Assembly (NCBI GenBank): GCA_020199905.1 | Contig: JAIVJS010000075.1 | Span: 4,521 to 68,520 of the forward strand | Origin: Acidobacteriota bacterium | GTDB lineage: Bacteria; Acidobacteriota; Thermoanaerobaculia; UBA5066; Gp7-AA6 | Direction of reading: 5' to 3' | Length of the DNA: 64,000 nt | Shown here: positions 10,156-20,365 of the stretch, one piece after another | Position numbering within the stretch: the stretch's first letter is position 1 | How the letters are laid out: every line of letters starts with the position of its first letter | Made by a program: the position numbers and the translations under genes | Notes under the pieces: generated by a model | The model's input: only the letters and a program-made list of their open reading frames with translations | Database searches by the model: none | Told to the model about the DNA's origin: nothing

Positions 10156-11751
10156 TCAATTCAGATACCCCAGCGCCTTGAGCCTCCTCAGGTACTCCCG
10201 ATCCGTCGTGACGCTCGATCCGGCCGCGGGAGCGATCCTCGCGCCGTAGGTCGCGACGGTCGCTTTCTCGAGCGAGCCCTCCCGGAAGAGGGCCGGAACG
10301 GCGCGGCCCCGCAGATCCTCCGCGGCGGGAATGCCCGCTCGCGCGAGGACGGAGGATGCCACGTCGGCGGCTTCGATGCGCACGAGCGCGGAGGAGCGGC
10401 CGTCGAACACGGTCGCCCGGGCGAGCGACCCCGCCGAAGCGTGGCTGTCTGCCGTCAGCACGACCAGGACGCTCTCTCCCGCGCGGGCGATCCGGATTTC
10501 CGCGGCGAGAAACCGCCCGATGCGCTCGAGCTCGGCGCCGCGGCGCGCCGGGTCGCGCCGCAGGATGTCGGGGCCGGGCAGATAGAGCGCGGCAATCGCC
10601 GCTCCGCGCAGGGCCGGCCAGCGCTCGAGCGCGACCGCGTCCGCCTCCTCGCCGGTCCGGGCGAGAGAAAGAACGTGCCGGTTGTCGACCACGACCGCTC
10701 CGGGCCACGGGCCGGAAGCCCACCAGCCGATCGCTCCCGACGGAAGCCCGGCCGATGCGGCGACTTCCCAGAACGCCAGCGCGCGCCGGTCGGCGGCGGA
10801 CACGGGAGCGCTCGAGACGAGCGACAGCGCGGGGCCGACGACGCGAAGGTACCAGCGGCTCCCGACCGGGGCGCGCAAAGCGGCCGGAGACCCCGCCGGG
10901 CGGACACGCTCGAGAGCGCGCACGCCATGACGAACGGCGTCGACGCCCGTCGCCACGGTCGTCCAGAGCTCCGGAGGAGCGCCCGGCTCCTGACGCCACC
11001 ACCCGGCCGGCGCTCCCTCGAGGAGACCGGCGAGAGCCGGCTCCCCGACCGCCCCGGCGGCCCCTCCCGCCACGCCGTCGATCGCCACGACCACGACGCG
11101 CTCCCGGCGAGGCGCCACGTGGAGACGAGGGGAGACGACGCCTTCCGGGCGCGACGCGAAGACGGCGGCGGCAATGACGAGCCCCGCGGCGGCGATCCCG
11201 AAGAGGGTCCCGTGGCGCCGCGCGCGCGGCAGCACGCCCGAGTGGGCGTAGGCGCGCGCGAGGTAGGCGGCGCGGGCGCTCCGCGCGGCTCCGAGAGCGG
11301 CGACCGCGACCGGAAACCCCCAGAGGAGAGCGGATCCGCGCAGGGCGCGTCCGAGACTCCAGGCGCCTCCGATCCAGAGAAGGAAGACCGCCGCCGCCGC
11401 CAGAAGGCCGCACGCCGCGGCGCCCGGGCCCGCGGCGCGGGACCGGTCCGCGACCGCCGCGCCGGCTGCGGCCGCCAGCGCCGCCGGAAGAAAGAAAGCG
11501 GCCGAGAGGTGCAGCAGCAGCACGAGGGGTCCCGATCCGGACCGGAGAAACTCGGGCTCCGCCGATAGGACGGCCGCCACGCATCCCACCGCGCACGCCG
11601 CCGCCAGGGCGACGGCGACGGGAGCAAGAATCCCTCGCCGCCCCTCGAACACCCGGCTGAAGACGTACCGCTCGACACGGCCGTCCAGGTACCCGAGATC
11701 GCGGAGCTTGTGGCGCGCCTCCTCCAGTTCGAGCGGGTGCCCGCCCGTCAC
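10156..11751 (-). CDS. Membrane protein with alkaline-phosphatase/NPP-superfamily domain
   Basis: N-terminal TM helices, VVVVAIDG, WTTVATG, C-terminal RLKALGYL; GTG overlaps the upstream TGA. Confidence 0.72.
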   Translation of the reverse strand: MTGGHPLELEEARHKLRDLGYLDGRVERYVFSRVFEGRRGILAPVAVALAAACAVGCVAAVLSAEPEFLRSGSGPLVLLLHLSAAFFLPAALAAAAGAAVADRSRAAGPGAAACGLLAAAAVFLLWIGGAWSLGRALRGSALLWGFPVAVAALGAARSARAAYLARAYAHSGVLPRARRHGTLFGIAAAGLVIAAAVFASRPEGVVSPRLHVAPRRERVVVVAIDGVAGGAAGAVGEPALAGLLEGAPAGWWRQEPGAPPELWTTVATGVDAVRHGVRALERVRPAGSPAALRAPVGSRWYLRVVGPALSLVSSAPVSAADRRALAFWEVAASAGLPSGAIGWWASGPWPGAVVVDNRHVLSLARTGEEADAVALERWPALRGAAIAALYLPGPDILRRDPARRGAELERIGRFLAAEIRIARAGESVLVVLTADSHASAGSLARATVFDGRSSALVRIEAADVASSVLARAGIPAAEDLRGRAVPALFREGSLEKATVATYGARIAPAAGSSVTTDREYLRRLKALGYLN

Positions 11752-12602
11752 GACCGGCGATCCCGCACCACGCGCGCGAGATCCGCGAGCACCGCGGCGC
11801 GGGACCGGAAGGACGACAGCGCGGACACGGCGGCGTCCAGGAGCTCGTCCACCAGGCTGCGGGCGGCGTCCGCTCCGAAGAGAGTGGCGAAGTTGGCCCG
11901 GTGGCCGTCGCGCAGCGTGTCCTTGCCCATGATCTCCGGGCTTCCCTCGAGGTCGAGCAAATCGTCGGTGATCTGAAACGCGAGCCCGAGGTTGCGTGCG
12001 AACACGGTCAGCAGATCGAGGTCCGAGTCGGGAGCCCCGCCGGCGATCGCTCCGCCGCGGACGGCCGCCACGAAGAGGGCGCCGGTCTTGCGCGCGTGGA
12101 TGCTCTCGAGCTCTTCCAGAGTCAGACGGGCCGGATCCGCCGACAGGTCCGCGGCCTGCCCGCCGCAGCACCCGTCGGCTCCGACGGCCTTCGAAAGCTC
12201 GGAGACCAGCCGGGCGCGTCCTCCCGCGGGGACCTCGGGGGCGGACGCGAGGGTTTCGAACGCGCGGCTCAACAGGGCGACCGACGCGAGCTCGGCGGTC
12301 GAGACCCCGTACGTCACGTGGAGGGCGGGCCGGCCGCGGCGCCGCCGGGCGTCGTCCATCGACGGCAGGTCGTCTAAGACGAGAGAGGCCGCGTGAACGA
12401 GCTCGACCGCGACGGCGACCGGCATGACCGCGCGCCGCGGAGCGCGGGCTACCGATCCGGCGGCCAGCGCCACGAGCGGCCGGAGTCTCTTCCCGGGAGA
12501 GAGCGCCGCCTCGAACATCGCGCGCGGGAGCGCCGCACCCGCGGGCGTCCCCTCCGGGACGGCGCGGGCGAGGGCCTCCTCGACAGCCGGCCGCGCCTCC
12601 AC
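11748..12602 (-). CDS. Polyprenyl (FPP/GGPP) diphosphate synthase
   Basis: GKRLRP, HAASLVLDDLPSMDDARRRRG, GQAAD, KTGALF, FQITDDLLD. Confidence 0.93.
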   Translation of the reverse strand: MEARPAVEEALARAVPEGTPAGAALPRAMFEAALSPGKRLRPLVALAAGSVARAPRRAVMPVAVAVELVHAASLVLDDLPSMDDARRRRGRPALHVTYGVSTAELASVALLSRAFETLASAPEVPAGGRARLVSELSKAVGADGCCGGQAADLSADPARLTLEELESIHARKTGALFVAAVRGGAIAGGAPDSDLDLLTVFARNLGLAFQITDDLLDLEGSPEIMGKDTLRDGHRANFATLFGADAARSLVDELLDAAVSALSSFRSRAAVLADLARVVRDRRS

Positions 12603-12663
12603 GGCAAAGCGGTCGAAGGCGAATGCGAAGGCGTTCCCGCCTGTCGAGGAGTCGCGCGCCTGC

Positions 12664-13008
12664 TTAACCGGCGAAGCTTCCCACCGCCTCCTCCTCCGAT
12701 TCGTAGACGTCGAACACCGTGATGAGCTGAGTCACCGTGAGAACGTCGTTGATCTTCGGCGGGAGATGCAGGAGCCTCAACTTGCCGCCCTTGTTGGTGA
12801 CGGACGTGTAGCAGCCGACGAGCTCGCCGATCCCGGACGAGTCGATCGTCGTCACATCCTGCATGTTGATGAGGATGTTCTTCTTGCCCTCGTCCACCAG
12901 CTTGTTGATCGTCTCGCGCAGCTGCACGTCGCCCGACCCGATGGTGATCTTGCCTTTGAGGTCGAGGATCTGCACCCCGCCCCGACCCTCTCGCACGCTC
13001 GTTTTCAT
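12664..13008 (-). CDS. STAS-domain anti-sigma factor antagonist
   Basis: GKITIGSGD, IDSSGIGELV phospho-Ser motif. Confidence 0.92.
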   Translation of the reverse strand: MKTSVREGRGGVQILDLKGKITIGSGDVQLRETINKLVDEGKKNILINMQDVTTIDSSGIGELVGCYTSVTNKGGKLRLLHLPPKINDVLTVTQLITVFDVYESEEEAVGSFAG

Positions 13009-13472
13009 GATCCCTTTTCCTCCTTCTCCTTCCCCCCCGCCAGATTCTTGGTCAGAAACAACTCCATTCCGCCCCCCTCCGCCCTCTGGAAGCGGACTTC
13101 ATCCATGAACGTTTTCATGTAGAAGATGCCGCGTCCAGACGTCTTGAACCGATTTTCGGGCGCCAGCGGGTCCTCGACCTTCTCGGGGTCGAACCCTTCG
13201 CCCTCGTCCCGGACGTGAATCCGCAGGATCCGCGCCGTCACGTCCATCTCGAGGTGGACACGTTTCGCCCGGTCCTGGCCGTTGCCGTGCTTGATCGCGT
13301 TCGCCAGCGCCTCTCGCAGGGCCATCAGAATCCAGTGGCGCGTCTCATCCGAGAGGTTTTCCGGGTCCAGGAGCTTTCCACAGAGGTGCTGAGCCATTTC
13401 GATGTTTTCGAAACGGCTCGACAGAGACATCCGGACCGGGCCGGTCGCGCTGGAGGAGCTTGAAGAACTCAT
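13005..13472 (-). CDS. RsbW-like anti-sigma factor Ser/Thr kinase
   Basis: EALANAIKHGN, DEGEGFD, SGRGIFYMKTFMDEV. Confidence 0.9.
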   Translation of the reverse strand: MSSSSSSSATGPVRMSLSSRFENIEMAQHLCGKLLDPENLSDETRHWILMALREALANAIKHGNGQDRAKRVHLEMDVTARILRIHVRDEGEGFDPEKVEDPLAPENRFKTSGRGIFYMKTFMDEVRFQRAEGGGMELFLTKNLAGGKEKEEKGS

Positions 13473-13571
13473 TCACTTCGTTCGATAGGGGTTAAAAGCC
13501 CGGCGGATCTTAGCCGAAAGGGTCTGCATAAAGATAGCAGCGGGTCCGAAGGCGCCTGTTACCCTCAGTCC

Positions 13572-14810
13572 ATGAGAATGGAACGGCTGCCGGCGGCCCT
13601 GCTGGCGTGCCTTGCCCTGCTGACGGCCGGCGCGACCGCGCTTCTGCCCGCCCGGGTCGAGGAGGTCGCGCGACAGGTGGAAAGCGTCCGTGGGCGCCGG
13701 TTCGAACGGCAGATCCCCGCGAGCGAGATCGACCCGGTGGAGCTCAAGAAGGTGCTGCGCGCCAAGCTGCTCGAAGGCTTTCCCGCCTCCCCCGAAGACA
13801 CGATGCGCACGATGGTCGCGATCGGATTCTTCGAAGAGACACCGAACCTGGTCGATCGGCTCCTCGATTTCTACGCCAGCCAGGTGATCGCGTTTTACGA
13901 CCCGGAACCGCGGAAGTTTTTTCTCGTGAAGGGGGGCGCGGCGGGCATCCCGGCCCCGGAAGAGCTCTCCTCGGACGCCGGCGAGCGCATGATTTTCGCC
14001 CACGAGCTGACCCACGCGTTGCAGGACGAGTTCATGAAGCTCGACCGCCGCGTGAAGCAGCTGAAGGACAACGGGGACCGCGCTCTCGCTCTCGAGAGCC
14101 TGCTCGAGGGCGAGGCGACGCTCGTCATGGTCCGGGTCGCGCTCTCGCAGCTGCCGGGCGGTCAGAGCTCGGAGGTCGAGGACAGCCTCGCGCCGCTCCT
14201 CTCCGCCGGAACGCTCGAGAGCGCCAACATGCCGAAGGACCTGCCCGACTACTTCGCGCAGCAGCTCTTCTTTCCCTACGTCGAGGGGACCGCCTACGTG
14301 CGCCGTGTCGTGAAGGCCGGGGGCTGGGCGGGGATCGACCGCATGTGGAAGAACCCGCCCGCCACGACGTCCGAGATCCTCCACGAAGGGCCGGCGTTCA
14401 CCCCGGCCGAGGATCTTTTGACCGCGCCCGCGGCCGACCGGCTGGCGCCCGCCGGTTTCCGGACGCTGTACACCGACACGATCGGCGAGTGGGGCGTCCG
14501 CTTCCTCCTCCGGCGGGGACTCGCCGCGGCGCAGGCCGACCCTCTCGCGGCGGGATGGCGGGGAGACCGGATCGCGTTCTACGCCGCCGGCCGGGACATC
14601 GCCTACGTGTGGAAACTGCGGTTCGAATCCCCCGGCGCCGCGGAGCGGTTCGCCAGCGCCTGGACGGCCGCGGCGAAGCTCGGGGGCGCTGTGACCCGCC
14701 GCGGGCCGGATCTGACGATCCTGAAGACGGGGGGCCGGAGCCGGGAAACGGGAAAACGGGAAATGGGAAACGAAGGCCATCAGCGTCAACGGAGCCAGAC
14801 CGGGAACTGA
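13572..14810 (+). CDS. Secreted putative zinc metallopeptidase
   Basis: Signal peptide, AFYDP, HELTHALQD, EGEAT, FPYVEG; C-terminus runs through a heptamer array. Confidence 0.75.
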   Translation: MRMERLPAALLACLALLTAGATALLPARVEEVARQVESVRGRRFERQIPASEIDPVELKKVLRAKLLEGFPASPEDTMRTMVAIGFFEETPNLVDRLLDFYASQVIAFYDPEPRKFFLVKGGAAGIPAPEELSSDAGERMIFAHELTHALQDEFMKLDRRVKQLKDNGDRALALESLLEGEATLVMVRVALSQLPGGQSSEVEDSLAPLLSAGTLESANMPKDLPDYFAQQLFFPYVEGTAYVRRVVKAGGWAGIDRMWKNPPATTSEILHEGPAFTPAEDLLTAPAADRLAPAGFRTLYTDTIGEWGVRFLLRRGLAAAQADPLAAGWRGDRIAFYAAGRDIAYVWKLRFESPGAAERFASAWTAAAKLGGAVTRRGPDLTILKTGGRSRETGKREMGNEGHQRQRSQTGN

Positions 14811-14834
14811 AAACTGAGAACTGATGACTGACGA
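14742..14834. repeat. Heptamer arrays between convergent genes
   Basis: cgggaaa x3, tgggaaa ... ctgaaaa ctgagaa ctgatga ctgacga abutting the CPBP gene stop. Confidence 0.78.
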
Positions 14835-15635
14835 CTAACTCCCCATCTGACTCAAACTCATCGGTATCAGCACGAACATCTGGATCGCGTCGAACGTGCC
14901 GTGGGCGACGATGCAGGGCAGGACGTTTCCGTAGAGCACGAAGGTCGCGGAGAGCACCGCCGAGATCACCAGGATTCCGACCAGAACCAGAGGCTGCCCG
15001 TACACGCCGTGCGCCGCCGTGAACATGAGCGTCGCCGCGAGCGGCCCGACGCGTGTCTGCAGGAAGGACCGGAAGAAAAGCTCCTCGACCACCATCGCGG
15101 AGCAGACGATGGCGATCCGGATCGCAAGCGGCTGGGAAACGATCCAGCGGATCGTCGGGTTCACGGCGCCCGCGGCCGCGGGTCCGATTCCGCGCTGGCG
15201 CAGCAGGTACCAGACAACCACGACGCTGATCAGCACGACGATCGTGAGAAGCCAGCCCGCCAGGCCGATCCAGAGGCCGGCGCCGAGGTCCGCCGCGGGG
15301 CGCGCGCTCTTCAACCTCAGGAACTCGGAAAGCGAGGTCCGCCGCGAAAGCGAGTAGTACAGGATGAGGAACAGCGTCAGCACGCCGTGCACCGCGAACA
15401 GGGAGACGACGGACAGGTGCTTTGTCTCCGGCCGGCTTCCCGCGAGGCCGCCCGCGAACGGGATGGCGACAGTGAGCAGAAGGACCGAGCCCAGAAGGCC
15501 GACGGCGAGCGCCCGCCGCGAGGGCTCCGTCAGCCCGTCCTGCAGGAGGAGCTCGCGGGAGCGCGCGCGCGCGAACGACACGGCGATGCCCGCGCAGCCG
15601 ATCGCCAGCAGAGCGGCGAAGAGTGAATTGTTCAT
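14835..15635 (-). CDS. CPBP (CAAX/Abi) family intramembrane protease
   Basis: EELFFRS, FTAAH, HGTFD motifs; multiple TM helices. Confidence 0.88.
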   Translation of the reverse strand: MNNSLFAALLAIGCAGIAVSFARARSRELLLQDGLTEPSRRALAVGLLGSVLLLTVAIPFAGGLAGSRPETKHLSVVSLFAVHGVLTLFLILYYSLSRRTSLSEFLRLKSARPAADLGAGLWIGLAGWLLTIVVLISVVVVWYLLRQRGIGPAAAGAVNPTIRWIVSQPLAIRIAIVCSAMVVEELFFRSFLQTRVGPLAATLMFTAAHGVYGQPLVLVGILVISAVLSATFVLYGNVLPCIVAHGTFDAIQMFVLIPMSLSQMGS

Positions 15636-15732
15636 GTAAGGCCGAGCTCCTCCGCGGGCCGAGGAGGATAGCAGAAAGGAGGGGGCGCTCAACGACCTCG
15701 TCGATCCCCCGGCTTTCGACTAAGTTATGCCG

Positions 15733-16806
15733 ATGAAAACAGCGTTGCTGGCCGCTCTCGCCTCCCTGCTTCCCCTGGCTACGGCATGGGCTCAACCGGA
15801 ACCGGTCCCCGGCGACTTTCACATCCGGAATTTCCGTTTCGCCAGCGGCGAGACGCTGCCGGATCTCGTCCTCCATTACCGGACGATCGGGACGCCCCGG
15901 CGCGACGCTTCCGGGACCGTCCGCAACGCCGTGCTCCTGCTTCACGGGACGACGGGATCCGGGAAGGGGTTCCTGAGCCCCAACTTCGCGGGGACGCTCT
16001 TCGGGCCCGGACAGCTCCTCGATGCTTCGCGGTACTACCTGATCCTTCCGGACGGCATCGGCCACGGTGAGTCGAGCCGCCCGAGCCAGGGTCTCCACGC
16101 CCGCTTCCCGCGCTACACGTACGACGACATGGTGGCCGCCCAGCACGCCCTCGTGACCTCCGGGCTCGGGGTCGATCACCTGAGACTCGTCCTCGGGACT
16201 TCCATGGGGGCGATGCACGCCTGGGTCTGGGCGGAAAGGTATCCAGGGTTTGCGGACGGCCTGGTCCCGCTTGCCGCCGTCCCCGCAGCCATCGCCGGGC
16301 GCAACCGCGTGCTCCGCCGGATGATCTCCGAGGACATCCGCGAAGATCCGGAATGGAAGAACGGGGACTACACCTCCCAGCCGCGGGGACTCCGGGCGGC
16401 GGTGCAGATCCTGCTCGTGATGATCTCCGCCCCGGTGCAGTGGCAGACCCTCGCGCCGACGCGCGACGCCGCCGACCGCCTCCTGTCGGACCAGATGGCC
16501 GCGCGGCTCTCGGGCGCGGACGCGAACGATTTTCTCTACGCCTTCGAGGCCTCCCGCGAATACGACCCCTCGCCGGGACTCGAGAAGATCGACTCCCCCG
16601 TCCTCGCGATCAACTTCGCGGACGACACCATCAATCCTCCCGAGCTCGGGCTCATGGAAAAGTTGATGCCGCGAGTCCCCAGGGGGCGATACGTGCTGAT
16701 CCCGATCGGTCGTGAGACGCGCGGCCACGGGACCCACTCCTGGCCGGCGGTGTGGGGCGAGCACCTGAAGAAGTTCCTGGAGGACCTGCCGGATAGGGGG
16801 CGGTAG
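15733..16806 (+). CDS. Alpha/beta hydrolase, homoserine acetyltransferase-like, with signal peptide
   Basis: LHGTTG, PDGIGHG, GTSMG nucleophile elbow, GHGTH. Confidence 0.85.
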   Translation: MKTALLAALASLLPLATAWAQPEPVPGDFHIRNFRFASGETLPDLVLHYRTIGTPRRDASGTVRNAVLLLHGTTGSGKGFLSPNFAGTLFGPGQLLDASRYYLILPDGIGHGESSRPSQGLHARFPRYTYDDMVAAQHALVTSGLGVDHLRLVLGTSMGAMHAWVWAERYPGFADGLVPLAAVPAAIAGRNRVLRRMISEDIREDPEWKNGDYTSQPRGLRAAVQILLVMISAPVQWQTLAPTRDAADRLLSDQMAARLSGADANDFLYAFEASREYDPSPGLEKIDSPVLAINFADDTINPPELGLMEKLMPRVPRGRYVLIPIGRETRGHGTHSWPAVWGEHLKKFLEDLPDRGR

Positions 16807-16847
16807 GCGTCAGGAGGCAGACGGGAATGGACCACGCCGCATTTTCA

Positions 16848-17030
16848 TCAGCCGAGCGCAGTGCGCCGAAGTCTTGTAAACGTCGCCGTCGCGCGGGGAC
16901 GGACGAAGGAGGGCGCCCGTGAGCGATTCCTCGGTCGGAAAAGCGATCGATCGCGTGCCGGCGAGGAAAAAGTCTCCGGCGCGCGGCGCGCCGGGGCGGC
17001 ATTTGCCCGTTCCCGCGGCTCAACGCTCAT
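16848..17030 (-). CDS. Small Arg-rich hypothetical protein (60 aa)
   Basis: GGAGG RBS before ATG at 17030; fills an intergenic gap; no recognisable family. Confidence 0.3.
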   Translation of the reverse strand: MSVEPRERANAAPARRAPETFSSPARDRSLFRPRNRSRAPSFVRPRATATFTRLRRTALG

Positions 17031-17135
17031 CGGGCCTCCACTTCTGGATTCCACGCGGCGCGAGCCCCGAAGTCTGGCGGTCCTCCAGCTTCCGGCGCGC
17101 TCGGATAACATCCGCGCTTCCAAACAGGAGGCCGC

Positions 17136-20100
17136 GTGCGCAAGACGCTGTGGATTTCGATGCCGCTTTTGGTATGGGCCGCTCTGGCGCCGGCCTTCGC
17201 GAGCGCGGCGGACAGCGCCCCGCTCTCCAGGAACGCCCCGCTCTCCAAGGACGAGGAGCGCCGACGCTTCCATCCGCATCGGGTGGGGACAGACCCCGCC
17301 GTCCGCGCGAAGGCCGCCGCGCAGCGCGAATCGATGGAGAAGGCGTCGCTCTTCGGAGCGCTCAAGTTCCGAAACGTCGGGCCCGAAATCCAGGGAGGAC
17401 GGGTGGTGGATCTGGCCGCGCCCTCCAATCATCCCGACTCGCTGGTCGTCGCCTTCGCCTCGGGAGGGCTCTGGCGCACCGATAACCGCGGGGGCACCTG
17501 GACGGCGCTTTTCGACTCGCAACCCACGCTGACGATCGGCGCGTTCGCCCTTGCGGACGGAGACGCCCGCACGATCTACGTGGGCACGGGCGAAGCGAAC
17601 TCGAGCCGTACGTCCTACGCGGGAACCGGGATGTACAAGACGACGGACGCCGGCCGCTCGTGGCAGAGCCTGGGGCTCGCGGACACGCACCACATCGCGC
17701 GCATCGTGGTCGACCCGCGGAGTCCGGACACGGTGCTCGTGGCGGCGATGGGCCACCTCTACACGGACAACCCGGAGCGCGGGGTGTATCGGAGCGCCGA
17801 CGGCGGACGCACCTGGTCGCGGACGCTCTTCGTCGATGATCGGACGGGCGCGATCGACATCGTAGCGGACCCGCGAAACCCGGACGTGGTGTACGCGGCG
17901 ACGTGGGAGCGCGCGCGGACGGCGGCGAACTTTCTCGAGAGCGGGCCGGGGAGCGGCATCTGGAAGTCGGCCGACGGCGGAAAGACATGGAAGCGCCTTT
18001 CGGGATCGCTTCCGTCCGGCGCGACCCTCGGCCGCATCGGGCTCGCGATCGCCGCGTCGCGGCCCGGCACGGTCTACGCCGTGCTCGATAACCAGGCCTT
18101 GCGCCCCGACACGGAGCCTTTCGACGAGGAAGCGCCTCCGGGCGACCTGACGCCGCGCCGTCTGAAGGCGCTCACTCCGGAAGCCTTCTCGCGGCTGGAC
18201 GACGCGACGGTCTCGCGGTTTCTCCAGCGCAACGATTTCCCGAAGACCGTGAAAGCCGCGAGGCTCAAGAAGGACGTGGCCGCCGGCAAGGTCACCGTCG
18301 CGGACCTGGTGGCGTATCTCAAGGACAGCAACCGCGACCTCTTCGAGAACGAGGTCGTCGGGCTCGAGGTCTATCGCACCGATGATGGCGGCGCGAGCTG
18401 GAAGAAGACGCACGCGGGGCGGATCGAGAAAGTCTTCTACTCCTACGGCTACTACTTCGCGCGCATCGCCGCGGACCCTTCCAATCCCGACCACATCTAC
18501 ATAGGCGGGGTCCCGATGATCGCGTCGACCGACGGCGGAAAGACGTTCAAGGGGATCGACCAGCGCGGGGTCCACGGCGATCACCACGCAATCTTCATCG
18601 ACCCGAAGACCCCGTCGCGTGTCGTGATCGGGAATGACGGTGGCATCAACATGTCCGGCGACGGAGGCGAGACCTGGACGAAGCTGAACAACATCCCCGT
18701 CGGCCAGTTCACAACGCTCGCGGTGGACGACGCGGAGCCGTACAACATCGTGGGAGGTTTGCAGGACAACGGCGTCATGCGCGGGCCGTCGACGTACCGC
18801 CCCGGCAAGACGGATCCGCAGGCGTGGAAATCGATCTGGGGAGGCGACGGAAGCTGCGTCGTCATCGACCCGAAGGACAGCAACATCATCTACGCCGCCG
18901 GACAGTTCGGCGCCTCCGGGCGGATCAACCTGAAGACCGGCGAGCGGCAGCGGCTGCGCCCGCGGCCCGAGCTGTCGGCGGCGAAGAAGGAAAAGCCGCT
19001 CCGCTACAACTGGATCACGCCATTTCTGCTCTCTCCGCACTCCCGCGAAATCCTCTATTACGGAACCAACCGCCTCTATCGCTCCTTCGACCGGGGCGAC
19101 ACGTGGACGGCGATCTCGGAGGAGTTGACCTCGAACCGCGAGCAGGGAGACGTCCCGTTCGGGACCATCACTTCCATCGCGGAATCACCGAAGCGCTTCG
19201 GGGTCCTCTTCGTGGGGACGGACGAAGGCCGGGTCCGGGGCTCGCGCGACGGGGGCAACACGTGGGCGGATCTCTCGAAAGGCCTGGCGCGCGACAAGTG
19301 GGTGACGCGCGTCATCGCTTCCGCGTTCGACGAGGGGACCGTCTACGTCTCGCAGAACGGCTATCGCGACGACGACTTCAGCGCGTACCTCTTCCGCTCG
19401 ACCGATTTCGGGAGGACCTGGCAGTCTCTCTCGGCGGGGCTTCCCGCCGAGCCGATCAACACGGTCCGGGAGGATCCCAAGGCGAGGCACCTCCTCTACG
19501 TCGGGACCGACTCGGGCGTCTTCGCCTCGCTCGACCGCGGCGCGACGTGGACGGCGCTGGCGGGAGGACTGCCGCGGGTGGCCGTGCACGACGTCGCGGT
19601 GCAGCCTCGGGAGGGCGATCTCGTGGTCGCGACCCACGGACGCAGCGTCTATGTCGCCGAGGCCGGGCCGCTGCGCCGCATGAAAGACGGGCCGCCGGCC
19701 GACCCGCTCGTCGCCTTTCCGATCAAGTCGCTCAAGCTGTCCGCCAGGAAGGGCTACGGCGATCACCCGTATTTCACGTGGGGCCGCGAGGACCCGGCCG
19801 TCCGGATCGCGTGGTGGTCGAAGACCGGCCAGCCCGTCTCCCTCTCGATCCAGGACGAGAACGGGAGTCCCTGGAAGGAGCTCACCGGTCCGGCCGCGAC
19901 CGGCTTCAACGTGATCGAGTACGACCTCTCCGCGGACCCGAAGCTCGCCGACGCCGCGGAAGCGAAGGCCCGCGAAAAAGCGCTGGCGGCCGCGAAATCC
20001 GGAGACGCCGCGGCGCCCGCCGCTCCCCATCCGGCGGCGGTCGCCGCCGACGCCGACGACGACGCGGAGCCCGCGAAAGCCGACGACGAAAAGCCCGCTG

Positions 20101-20282
20101 CCGGCCCGAAAAAACCGCTCGATCCGGATCTCTACCGGCTCCTGGAGGACCCGCTCCGGGCGACCCGAAAGCGATACCTGCCGCCCGGAACGTACTCCGT
20201 CCAGATCCGCTCGGGAAGCGCCTCGCAGAAGACGACGCTGCGGATCCTGCCAGAGCCGGAAGGGCGCTTTAGCGAGGACTAG
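17136..20282 (+). CDS. Second secreted BNR/VPS10 beta-propeller glycosyl-hydrolase-like protein
   Basis: 1048 aa, CAGGAGG RBS, FRNVGPEIQGGR, repeated Asp boxes. Confidence 0.88.
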   Translation: MRKTLWISMPLLVWAALAPAFASAADSAPLSRNAPLSKDEERRRFHPHRVGTDPAVRAKAAAQRESMEKASLFGALKFRNVGPEIQGGRVVDLAAPSNHPDSLVVAFASGGLWRTDNRGGTWTALFDSQPTLTIGAFALADGDARTIYVGTGEANSSRTSYAGTGMYKTTDAGRSWQSLGLADTHHIARIVVDPRSPDTVLVAAMGHLYTDNPERGVYRSADGGRTWSRTLFVDDRTGAIDIVADPRNPDVVYAATWERARTAANFLESGPGSGIWKSADGGKTWKRLSGSLPSGATLGRIGLAIAASRPGTVYAVLDNQALRPDTEPFDEEAPPGDLTPRRLKALTPEAFSRLDDATVSRFLQRNDFPKTVKAARLKKDVAAGKVTVADLVAYLKDSNRDLFENEVVGLEVYRTDDGGASWKKTHAGRIEKVFYSYGYYFARIAADPSNPDHIYIGGVPMIASTDGGKTFKGIDQRGVHGDHHAIFIDPKTPSRVVIGNDGGINMSGDGGETWTKLNNIPVGQFTTLAVDDAEPYNIVGGLQDNGVMRGPSTYRPGKTDPQAWKSIWGGDGSCVVIDPKDSNIIYAAGQFGASGRINLKTGERQRLRPRPELSAAKKEKPLRYNWITPFLLSPHSREILYYGTNRLYRSFDRGDTWTAISEELTSNREQGDVPFGTITSIAESPKRFGVLFVGTDEGRVRGSRDGGNTWADLSKGLARDKWVTRVIASAFDEGTVYVSQNGYRDDDFSAYLFRSTDFGRTWQSLSAGLPAEPINTVREDPKARHLLYVGTDSGVFASLDRGATWTALAGGLPRVAVHDVAVQPREGDLVVATHGRSVYVAEAGPLRRMKDGPPADPLVAFPIKSLKLSARKGYGDHPYFTWGREDPAVRIAWWSKTGQPVSLSIQDENGSPWKELTGPAATGFNVIEYDLSADPKLADAAEAKAREKALAAAKSGDAAAPAAPHPAAVAADADDDAEPAKADDEKPAAGPKKPLDPDLYRLLEDPLRATRKRYLPPGTYSVQIRSGSASQKTTLRILPEPEGRFSED

Positions 20283-20289
20283 GCGACGG

Positions 20290-20363
20290 TTGAGCTTTGA
20301 GCGTCAAACGTTGAGCGTCAAACGGAGGAGAACGAAGTCCCGAGGATAACTGAAAACTCACGA
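20290..20363. repeat. Heptamer tandem array after stop codon
   Basis: ttgagct ttgagcg tcaaacg ttgagcg tcaaacg ... ctgaaaa ctcacga. Confidence 0.75.
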
Positions 20364-20365
20364 CC

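Noticed and set aside
12603-12690. Possible STAS-to-prenyl-synthase frameshift fusion (open frame upstream of GTG 12602)
   Set aside because: No slippery site seen; the GTG start gives an adequate protein
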